From Rhodosorus marinus CCMP1338 (lineage: Eukaryota > Plantae > Rhodophyta), in assembly GCA_029953675.1 (NCBI GenBank), contig JAMWBK010000002.1, forward strand, positions 1,612,001 to 1,676,000: 64,000 nucleotides of DNA, in the 5' to 3' direction. Below, piece after piece: positions 38,865 to 49,148 of this stretch. The translations under genes and the position numbers were made by a program. Below the pieces are notes generated by a model. That model was given only the letters and a program-made list of their open reading frames with translations, ran no database searches and was not told the DNA's origin. The stretch's first letter is position 1, and each line of letters starts with the position of its first letter.

Positions 38865-41585
38865 ACTGGATGTTCGGTGAAGTTCGTCTTGTTACGTGTC
38901 TTATTCCACGGGTATCGCAGTCGCGCTACCCGATCGATAGTTTCTTTTTGGTGACTTGCTTGCATATGCCCGTGTTCCATGTAATTAGTACCTTGCGAAA
39001 AGGCAGTAGGTGTCAGCAGTCCTCTTCCCAGCATAGAATTTAGAGAAACCTTTTCACCCCCCGGCGCGAGGAAGAGCAGACAGGCGCTGACGACACGGGA
39101 AGAATTGAAATAACCAATAGTGCGTGGTACGCTTGCTCTCGATCAATCTGGAAGCGAGGGTTTGCTCCGCTCCAATACTTAGGTTGCTGGTTTTCCAGAA
39201 GAATGCGATCGCCCCGAAGCGCAGCCCGTCGCATTTCGCAATCGCGCGTTCGGTGACTGGCTTGTTGGGGTGTGATAAGGAGGGGGGTCAGCAAGAGTCG
39301 AAGCAGTTGGACATTTCTGAGATGACTTCACACTGCAAGGCCAGCGGAGAGTAACCTAGCGGGGCCCATGGGCACCTGAGCGAGCCGAGCTTAACCGATC
39401 AGAGGAAAAAATGCAGCTTCTCGTTTAGTGCTGATAATTCTAGAAGGCATTCGCTAGCGAGTGCAAGGTGGTCGTGCGATTCCATTACCATGGCTGGTAC
39501 CTAGCTCGTCTTGGTGTGGCTAAGGAGGTTCTGAAATATGGACTTCGCGCTTGTGTTCAAGCCGAAATGAGGATACCATTGTGCCCGGCGTCTCTGATTC
39601 TTTCTGATTCGAGTGGCCAGCGGGCTCTTGGCTGCAAAAGCCTGCACAGAGTAGGTGAGGATTCCTCTCATTGGGACACTGTCAAGAGCGTGCACGATTA
39701 TGTTTCCCCCTATTCAATCAAATGGCCTTTGTAGTGATCGAACTATGGCTTAGCGTGGCCTTCTTCCTCTCAAGGTTGTGGTTTCTGAATAAACGACGAC
39801 GAAGTTACGCTAACTGCGACTCAGAGCGCCAAGCTAGGAAGACATTTGTAGGGGGTGGTGCCATTGGTTTGAGCCTCAAGTTAGGCGTGAGATCGGTTTA
39901 ATCGCGCGTCTGTACCTTAGGGTAGGCTCTTGTTCATCGAGATATACGATAAGGAGCGGAGTCAGTCAGTCATGGGGAACAAACCAGGAAAAAAGGCCCA
40001 TTCGCGATTTGAATTTGCAGAGATTTGCACCGAACTGTCCGTGGACATGATGATGAGCAGAATGACCTCAATCACGTGGATTTCCTTCCTGCCGGGTTGG
40101 ACCTTGTGTCCTCGTCACTGCACTTACGTGGGAGCACTAGGTAGTTGTCAACGATTGGGTTTGCTAGCCCTGGAATAAAGTCCTCGGATGAGATAAGTGG
40201 CCACCCAGACCTAGTAACCGCCACAAAATTGTGGGCGGAGTGAGCAGGGAGCTAAGCAAGATTGGCGGATAGCACCGCGTTGGCCCCAGATGAGGCTGTG
40301 TGTGGGTTGTATCACATCAGTGCGAGAGCTCCACGATCGGCTCAGGACTCAGGTAATAGGCTGGCGGGTGACCTTGGCTTGCTTCTTCATCATCTGCTAG
40401 CACTCTATCAAGGGCAGACTTCAGGACTGCACCCTTGAGGCGCAATAACATGTCCTTCGAGGAACTAAGCTTAAGTCTACGCTCCCTCGGCGTGTCATTG
40501 CAACGGCTGAGCGCTTGTGCAGCCCGTCATAGATGCCCAAGAGCGGTGCCGGAAGGTTGACCAGGTCCTCCGTGGTCAACGCGCTAGTAAGGAGACAAGC
40601 ACTACGAAAGTGAATGCCAACCAGGGTACGAAGTGCTCGCCGCAGGAAGCGACCACCAGACTAGAAATGGCAATTTTTCGATCACCCACATCCAAGCGAG
40701 GGCAAGCCCATATACGCCGGATCTAGATCCCGGGCAGGGGCAGCCTCCAAGCCAACGTGGTTCGCCAAAGCCAGCAGATCACCGACCCGCGTGCCCCAGT
40801 GGGCCAGGACCCGTATAAAACCTGGAAAGCAGAAATCGCCGATTGCAGCATGCGAGCAGGAAGTCAGCAGTAGCATCCGCAAGGTTCTGGTGCTGGTCTA
40901 AAACGTTTTCACAGGACGCTTGAACGTGGGCGTCGGTCCCCATCCCGACACTGCGGGGTACCATGCCATCAGGTTGGCAAATGAGCCTGAGGGCGTCTAG
41001 CAATGTGCGGGTCGGAGATTAGGTCGGCTGTCTTACTGGGCGCCCCAGTTAGGACGACGTAACCCTGAAGATGAATCAAAAATGCCCTCGGTCTGCAACA
41101 GCACTGCCCTCGGCAAAACTACACGTGGAATGCCCGAAGGAGGAATGAACCCCGTAACCTAAGTAATCCACTGCCGAGGCCAGGTCTGCAATCCCCTAAA
41201 ACCCTCTGGAATCGACCCTGCAGATAAGGTGGCTGAGACATCGCAGCCGTACTAGGGAAGCGCTTGTCCTCTCCCCCCTTAGACCTGGGGGAGTCTGCCA
41301 CAGTCTCTTGCTAGTACCCTTACCAAAGTGAGAGAGAGATCGGTTTAACGGGACCGTTCCCAGCCCGCTCTAGGTGTCACTCCTTTCCACAGGTGAGAAG
41401 GAGAGAAGGGCTATACTTGAACAAGGAAAGACGGATGAGTGCTTAATCGGAGGCTAAGGTCCCCGACTGAGCCGCTAGAAAGGGCGGAGAGAGTGCGTCC
41501 CCAAAGAAGTACTAAGCCGTCAGTTCCGCGTGGTTCACGCAGCTCGCCTCACATCAATTAAGAAAATTTCGCCCCGTCCCAAAAT

Positions 41586-41871
41586 TGTGGATATCCTTGT
41601 TAGAACTCTTCGAACCAACTTGTCTTTACGCAATTCTAGGTCTCAAGATCTAGCAAAGCTGGGTCTTATATAGTCTTGTGGTTACTGTAAACTATGACCT
41701 GCTGTAACCTAAAAGTAAGTGCTGGAGGCTAAACGTCAATCTAAAAATAGGGAGTGAAAGTACTGTAAACTATGACCTCGTGCAACCTAAAAGTAAGTGC
41801 TGGAGGCTAAACGTTGATCTAAAAATAGGGAGTGAAAATACAGTCTGTCCGACATTCCTCGCGCCGTGACA
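41586..41871 (-). mobile_element. LTR-B: probable 5' LTR (TGTCACG...CCACA) followed by a PBS-like sequence
   Basis: Minus strand TG...CA termini, CTATATAA TATA box (plus 41666-41673), then ATTT-TGGGACGGGGCG; related copy at 44678-44825. Confidence 0.6.
41683..41838. repeat. Two 78-bp tandem repeat units inside LTR-B
   Basis: tactgtaaactatgacct...aaaaatagggagtgaaa at 41683 and 41761; ~1.5 further units at 44678-44798. Confidence 0.95.
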
Positions 41872-42162
41872 TGTTCTCCGTTAGCGCGTGTCGGTGATCC
41901 AAAATACTTTTAAATTCCCTTTTGTTTTTATCTTTTATCTATCTTGGATACCTCCCTCCACTCTAATCTTAAGGAGGAAGGTCGTAACTTCCGTATTTAT
42001 AGCCTTCGGTTCATGACTTGGGTATGTTAGACTACTATTATTAGCCCTGTCCGTACAATATCTTGCCCACTGGGCGCAGCATAGACTTACTATATTTTGT
42101 ACCCATGGTGGTTATTTTTAGCTCACCAATGTGTTAGCCAGATGTCATGTCAGGACGTCACA
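41872..42162 (-). mobile_element. LTR-A: probable 3' LTR of the gypsy pol fragment (TGTGACG...GAGAACA)
   Basis: Lies just after the integrase/chromodomain stop; TGT...ACA termini; TATAAATA at plus 41994-42001; A-rich 3' part; no clear polypurine tract in front. Confidence 0.5.
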
Positions 42163-42198
42163 CGCCGAGTTTGGGTACGAACTCAAAAGTGTTGAACT

Positions 42199-44678
42199 TC
42201 AGCCGTCAGGCAGAGCATCGAGTACTTTCCGATAGTTCATGTAGTGGCGGAGTCGGCGCCGAGATTGGAGATCGGTTGGGGAGTCTGGTTCAGCGATCCA
42301 GGTCGCATCGGTCCAGTATTCCTGTTCGCGGTAGCATAGGAATTCCCGAAGCCCCTCATCGGTATTCCTCATGCTCAAGATCGAGAGGATAGGTTGGGTT
42401 GAGGGTAGGTGTGACTGGATAGGTAGACTGTGTACAACCAGCGTCGTGGTAGTAGGTGGTACACTTTTCAACAATGAGACGTGGAATGTTGGATGGATCC
42501 GCATCTCATCTGGTAACTGCAGAGTATAGACCACATCAGAATGTTTAGCAGTGATGGGGAATGGACCCAACCATCGAGGTTGAAAGCGTGTTGGGCCGTC
42601 CAGGGATAGATTTCGCGTTGACAAATAAACGTTGTCTCCGGTATTGAAGACTTTGGCATGACGTCGTGAATTTGCCTGTTCCGTGTATAGCTCCTGCGCC
42701 AGGGCCATGGATTTACGTGCGTCAGCGAGGACTCGTTGACGTTGCGAGAATGCAGTAGCAGCATCGGCCAGATTATGAATCGTAGTAGTAGGGGTTGAGG
42801 TGTCCAAATTGAGCCGCGTGTGCCCTCCTGTTAACAAGAAATATGGGGAATACTCGGTACTCGCTGAAGTATGATTATTATACGCCAGTTGAAGCAGGGG
42901 TAAACTCTGTACCCAAGTGTGGCTCGTACAACAGCATCTCAGCATAATCTGGAGGGTCTGGTTGACGCGTTCTGTTTGCCCATCCGTTTCAGGGTGATAC
43001 GCCGTCGACAGTAGGTTGTCAATCCCCATTATTTGCTAGGTTACGTTAGTCTGGGGTTACGTTAGGTGGTCAATCCCCATTATTTGCATCAGGTGGCGCC
43101 AGAATGTGGCGGTAAAGACCTTATCACGATCGGTGACGAAACTTCGTGGTAGTCCGAACCACGCGATAATATTCTTCACGATCAGCGCTGCCACCGCTTC
43201 TGCAGTCACCGTCTTTGTTGTGGGAATGAACACGGCATACTTCGTAAGCCGGTCAACGACCGCCAGAATGGCATCATGTCCCTCGACGTTGGGAAATGCA
43301 GTGATGAAATCCATCGTCCAATCAGAGGCCCGTTGTTCCGGTATCGGGAGGGGTTGTACTTCCCCTTGATGCCGACGCAGCGGTTGTTCTCGTGCACAAA
43401 CCGAGCATTGTTGGACGCGGGGGAAGATATCCTTGCCCATTGTAGGCCAGTAGTAACGTCGTCGAATTACTAGGTAGGTCGCGTGGGCCCCAAAGTGCCC
43501 GGCCGTGACAGATTGGTGTTGTACAGCGACGATATCCTGATTTACTCGGCGACTGAGGAGGACCACGCATTCGTTGTTAAAGTCGTACAATACATCCGTC
43601 AGGTAGCGAATGAACACCGGGGGTGCATTCGTCAATCCAAACGGCATGACATTCCACTGGTACTGTCCAAAGCACGTCGTGAACGCAGGCTTTTCCCGTG
43701 AGGATGGGTCAATAGGAAGTTGCCAATAGCCGGACCGGAGATCTAACGTTGTGAACACCCGGGCGGTGCTCAGAGTATCCATCAGCTCGCCCATCCGCGG
43801 TGGCGTTGTTCTCTCCCTAGCGCCGCCCCCCACCCTTCTTATCAACATAAAGTACTAGTGCCGCAAATGGACTCTGACTTCGGGATATGAAACCTTGCTG
43901 TTCTAACTCCTTCAACTCCCCTTGTAGACGTTCCCGATCTATAAGTGACATCGGATAGGCGGGAGGACACGTTCCAGGTTCCAATTCAATTTTCATCGCA
44001 TATGGTAGTCGGTTACTTGGTGGCAGCGGTAACGTGTCTTGGAAGACGCGAGGAAATTCTTTCCGGATGATCTCGCCAAGCCCTTTTTCTTTGCTGCTCC
44101 GATCCTTTCCGCTTCCCTTATTATCACCGAACCCTGCATACCCTTCGTCGGTGTTACTTTCCCCGATGTCATCTTCGGAGTCCATGACCGTTAACCGCAC
44201 CGTCTCCTTCACGATGCCCTTTTCCTTCTTTACCTTTGATTCCGTTTGTTGGGATCCCACGTACACCTGAATCCTTCGCTATTATAACCAGCTGTGGCGG
44301 CTTAGCGCTGCAGCTAGAGTTAGTCCGTGTTGTCTCAGGAAGTCAAGGCCGATGTACACATCGTGACTTAAATCCTTAAATACACATAGCGGGGTCTCAA
44401 ATGTTTTCCCGCTTAACTCGACTGTCGTACTCGTCGAACTCGGGCTTGTAACGGTTGTGTTGTCAACTGCCAGCCCGTATGTGCGCGGATCCGAGCGTCG
44501 GGGGTAATTTGACCTCGTCCACCACATTTTCCCGAATCGCAGTGATGGCCCCAGTGTCTATCAAACACTCCACTGGTCTGCCTGCGATAGATCCTGCTGC
44601 TATGAGCATATTACCCCGTCGTTGCAGCTCCACGGTGGGCGGGATGCTAGTTGTCTGACTCTCAGACAACTTGCATCC
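42199..44678 (-). mobile_element. Degenerate Ty3/gypsy chromovirus pol: protease, partial RT, integrase, GPY/F, chromodomain
   Basis: LIDTGA and IGLDFL (protease); LDLRSGYWQ, MPFGLTNAP (RT); GHFG zinc domain, WTMDF, VVDRLTK, VTDRD, YHPETDGQTER (integrase); WLGPF; DATWIAE. Frameshifts present, gag and RNase H missing. Confidence 0.93.
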
Positions 44679-44825
44679 TAAACGTCAATCTAAAAATAGG
44701 GAGTGAAAGTATTGTGAAAGTACTGTAAACTATAACCTCCTGTAACCTAAAAGTAAGTGCTGGAGGCTAAACGTTAATCTAAAAATAGGGAGTGAAAATA
44801 CAGTCTGTGCGGGGAGTTCCTCACA
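44678..44825 (-). mobile_element. Truncated variant of LTR-B fused directly to the gypsy protease region
   Basis: Shares the 78-bp unit and cagtctgt flank with 41683-41848; minus strand starts TGTGAGGAAC after purine-rich GGCGAAGGAT; joins pol at TTTAG. Confidence 0.65.
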
Positions 44826-46989
44826 ATCCTTCGCCTGTCCAGGACAGCTGGAGATTGACTGACACCCTGAAGTTGACTGCAAGCTGGGTTGACCGTGGCA
44901 CTGCTCCAGAATATCAGAATTAACAGGTGTCGAGTTCCGCGCCACCCCTCCCTTACCGCTGGCGGCTGTGTGACCAAAAGCTCGCCACCGCGGACAGAAG
45001 GGCACGCGCATGCGTGTCAGAGACGCAGCGCAAATCCACCACAGTGGGAGACATCCAGAGGGAACATAGAAAGAAAGGAAGCTGAGAGTTGCTATGCGAT
45101 TAAAAATTTCGAGCTTTTCATGCTCACGAAACCCTCACCGCAAGTAGTGGAGGAGATGTTTAGTATTATAGGGTATGGTCTCTTCTAAAAGGGTTTTCTG
45201 TTCGGGAGCTTGTACGAGGTAAACGTGGGCGAATTCTCCCTTTGGACTGCTACTACCATAGACAAGGACTTAACAAGACTGATATGATCTGACGCAGCCT
45301 CTAATGTGATATGTGAAAATCAAGCCCTTCTCTTTGATCACGAAACGTTCAGAAAGGGGAGCGTGGGAACGTTGTAGAGTGTTCTGCTAACCCTTTCCAA
45401 GCTGAGTACTGGATTTATTCATAGCCCCATCCTATTGGCTAGGCGGTAGTTTTCTTCAGCGAAGATAGACTTGATTTGTAAAGACAAGTTTCAGAAATTC
45501 TCAGAAACATATTTTTTTGTCAAGGCAAGATTCGCCTGCCAACGTCACCAAGCTGGTGTCCTTCTAAATAGTTTTGTTAAATGTACTACTCTACCTTGGC
45601 AATTGCCATGTTTCGTCCGATAACAGCTTAATATTACATTAGTACACAACAATACGGAATAAACGAAGAAAATTCGTTTGAATTCGAATGAAAAATCCGT
45701 CTGACGAGAAACCTAAATCAGAAATGTTTTCCCCTACAATCAAAAATTCTTCGTTTATTCCTCATTAAACTGTACCTACTTTGTTTTCTCGGCTATGTCA
45801 TGCAGCCGTACCTGCAGTGATTGGAATGAGCTTCTGTGACTTGCTGGATTATGCAATTGCATATGCTCACGAAGAAAAATTAACATTTGTCTTGTTGTGG
45901 ATCTTCACAATGAAATACCACAAATTTCGTTGCCAGCATCCTTGGAATCATCCACAAGCCAAGCCTATCAATTTCCGCCTAAAAGCAACCCAAAATGATA
46001 TTAATCAAATTCAATGTTGAATACGTACCGAACTCTTCTGTTGGTGCGAGCGCCTCGTCCGCGTGAACTGTTCAGGCTTCCAATCTCGGTATCTTTTGAC
46101 TACTGGGCGTACACGTTCGCGAGCTTGTCCGCCTGGTCGGATTTTCTGTACCTCCTGGTGGCTCTGCGCGGTTTAACCCGGAAGTGATCCTTCAAGCCTG
46201 ATCCTCCGCGATATCCCCTCATACACCTATTGAAATCTCGTGATTCTGAACAGCAAGAGCTTCCCACACTTCAGGCACTGCGGATCAGTTTCTTGGCTTT
46301 TATGCTCAGCTCCTCTCAGAGTTGTTATTATACAGTAAAGACAGGGAACGTGAATGTCCCCCAATGAAAGAGATTCAGATTCAACTGATCTCTCATCATA
46401 TTTCCACGGACAAGTTCGGTGTCAATCTCTGGCAAGTTCAAATCGCGCCTTCCTTTGCCTTCTTGACTTGCCCCTGTTCTTTTCCACTATGACTGACTGC
46501 GCTCGTATATCTCGATGCATAAAAGCCTGCGGTAAATGTACAGATACGCGATTCAACCGATCTGTCCGTCTTGCTTGAGCTCACACCAACACCATCCCCA
46601 CAAATGTCGTGATCAGTCTAAAAAAACCGTCGGAATTTGTACTCCTAGTGAAAGAAAATTTGGGCAATCAGCGCAAAAGTTCTCTGTGCATGTGCGGGCC
46701 TTGAAACGCTACCACGCTAGCATCAAGACGCACCGGAAACCCGTAGAAAGAACGCAGATTCTCCTCTCGCCCTCCTGTAATGGGCAACTTGGCGCGACTG
46801 GCGCTAATGCAACCGTACGATCGTTTGTTTCCGCACGAGCTCGATCGCCTACGCAAGCTTTGACTTCGTCGTAGAAGCTAGTTCTGTGAAACTATCCCTG
46901 CCGAAAGGATCATGGTACCTTCATGAACGAACGCACATCATTCGCCAAAGCAAAACCGGTGCTGCCGGTCAGGAACTGAATTATTCTCC

Positions 46990-48060
46990 TGCGCGGATGT
47001 CCTTCTTTTCCTAGTGAATGCAAAACCCTTTCGTAGCATATGAACCAGGCATTGCAAAACCTCCGTGTTTTGGGTTCTCGGGATTTCAGGAATTAATTGG
47101 GGTCTTGCTCGCTTTGCGTGCGCATCCACATTGTCTCAACTTTTCCTAGCTTTGAATTGGGGCTTGTTTTGATAAGTCCCGATGGGCCAAGGTTTCGTCT
47201 TGCTCTTTTACTTCCATTGCGATATTTTGCTCGCCTCTGATAGGTCAATAAGCCCAAGCCGGTTCTTAGAGCTGGGCCCCTTCGACATATTGAATCCTGC
47301 GCTCAGTTTTATGGGGTTTTATCCGAGGAACTCTCTCACCCCCATCTTTCTGACCGACTTTGTACAAAAGATCGGCCGGCTTCCATTCTTTCAATCGCAA
47401 ATGCTCTGTGCAGATCGGCGCCAGTGGACGTGATCGGCCACTGGCGCGTGGAATCCTTGACTATTTCGCTTTTCAGGACGCTCGAGTTCACAATTTTTTT
47501 CAAAGAATTGGTCTGGAGCACATGCCACAGTTCTTCATGCTAAACAACAATCCAAGAACTCCGCAAATCAATAACTAGGCCCCAAAAATTTGTCAACATC
47601 TTTTTGAACATCACATGTCAAGCACAGCGGCCTCCAAGCCACACGTGTATCCAGGGCCCCTCCTCCCACCCCAGAGCGCATGGAGCGACGTGTGTACTTG
47701 ATTCGTATCGTTACACTCTATGGAAATTAATTCTGAGCCGACTTGTACTACTAGAGTACAGGCTCCATCGTGGACCAAAAAAACACCCAAACTGGGTACT
47801 CTCCCTCTCGTTGTCAGGATGCAGAAAATCAAGTCGAAGCTTAGTCGCTCACATGGTTGGCGGAGGATATGCCACGATGAAATGCTCTGCGCCCGCGTTC
47901 TGCGAGAGGTTGAATAGAATTTCATGGAAAAATTCTGAAAAATAGCTCATACCCGAGGACCACATGGGCGGTTCGACTCGATTCATAGTTTCCTTCCTTC
48001 GTCGCCGGCAGAAAACATTGTTCTTTGCCCTATCAGAAGGGTAAGTTCTATCAAGAACGG
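46990..48060 (+). mobile_element. Highly degenerate hAT-like transposase relic
   Basis: Fragments in hAT order across frames: LLFLVNAKPFRSI and SGFQELIGVL, DILLASDRS, RIGLEHMPQFFMLNNNP, VVRMQKIKSKLSRS, LIPEDHMGGSTRF; each match is weak on its own. Confidence 0.45.
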
Positions 48061-48266
48061 CCAATCAATGACGATTGAAAATTACTTGCTGCGGATCATG
48101 CGGTGAATATCTCGCTACGGAGCCCCGCTTCTATTCTGCACATTAGACTCGTATTTTGAGCATGAGCGTGAGAAAGTCGAGACGGCCACCAGCAGTGGTG
48201 AACAAACATGCTGACGAGTTGTTCGTATGCTCGACACCTACTGTGTACCTTACACTAGATGTGTCA

Positions 48267-48866
48267 TATCGGCCCGACAATTTACCGTCCGATGCTATAA
48301 TTGGTAGACAGTCCGATATAAGTTTCTCAGACTGGTATTACTTAATAATTAGGAGGTTTGTCTTCGGGCTCGCGTCTAATCTAATTCTATCAGACCTGAA
48401 TTAGAAATATAAAACAGGGTTTGTCGGATATCTATCCGATAACGACCGATTGAAGTCCGATATTCGTCAATCAAACGGCATATATTGATTGGATATCAAT
48501 CTTCTTTCTGGGGACACTCTGTCCATGTATGGTCTTCTTCCGAATGTTGGGGCTACTGACACGTGACAACACTCTGAAGCAGATCATTCACTTAAAAAAG
48601 TTCAGATTGTATGTGACAGCCTGCCCATTCATAAGTACTCATAATTCAATATTTGAGAGTGACAGGTTGTCATTCCGAAACAGCCTAACAAAATCACAAT
48701 TCAATACCTCGACAGAGATGATTGATTGTGGGACTAACATTGATTGAACATATGGCGCACGTTTTATTGGGATACGAATCAGTCAGGGTTTTTTGAATAG
48801 TTCTAATCGGATAATCCTAACTTATACATATATTGAATACTTCCTGCTCAGGACATTTTATCGGAC
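48267..48866. repeat. Cluster of TCCGAT/ATCGGA motifs in both orientations with CAGGGTT heads, like DNA-transposon subterminal repeats
   Basis: Motifs near 48267, 48288, 48312, 48424, 48434, 48456, 48806, 48860; CAGGGTTTGTCGGATA at ~48416 and CAGGGTTTT at ~48784. Confidence 0.45.
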
Positions 48867-49113
48867 GGTTTATGACAACTACACTTACACTTACCCTTAC
48901 ATTGCTTTCAGCAGCTTGGCGAAGGAAATTAGAGCAGTTTGTAATAGCAGAAAATAACCAATCGCAAGACGACAATTACGACAGTAATGAAAAACAGGAA
49001 AACGTTCGCAATACTCCCCACTGTGTCACACATAAATCTCGAATAGGAATATTTGTTTATATGCGGCCCTTGTGGTATACAGAAAAAAATTAAGTAGTTT
49101 TATGATAGAGCTG

Positions 49114-49148
49114 AGGTTGAGCCTGAAAAGACTTTTCAGGCTCAACCT
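49114..49148. repeat. Perfect 35-bp odd palindrome (17-1-17)
   Basis: AGGTTGAGCCTGAAAAG-a-CTTTTCAGGCTCAACCT. Confidence 0.97.

Noticed and set aside
41683-41838. CRISPR-like repeats
   Set aside because: Contiguous 78-bp units without spacers, embedded in an LTR
46230-46300. TnpB/Fanzor zinc-finger-like QCLKCGK on the minus strand
   Set aside because: No RuvC I/II/III motifs or long ORF nearby
48878-48902. TTACAC/TTACCC hexamer run as an interstitial telomere
   Set aside because: Only ~4 degenerate units that do not match a consistent telomeric repeat
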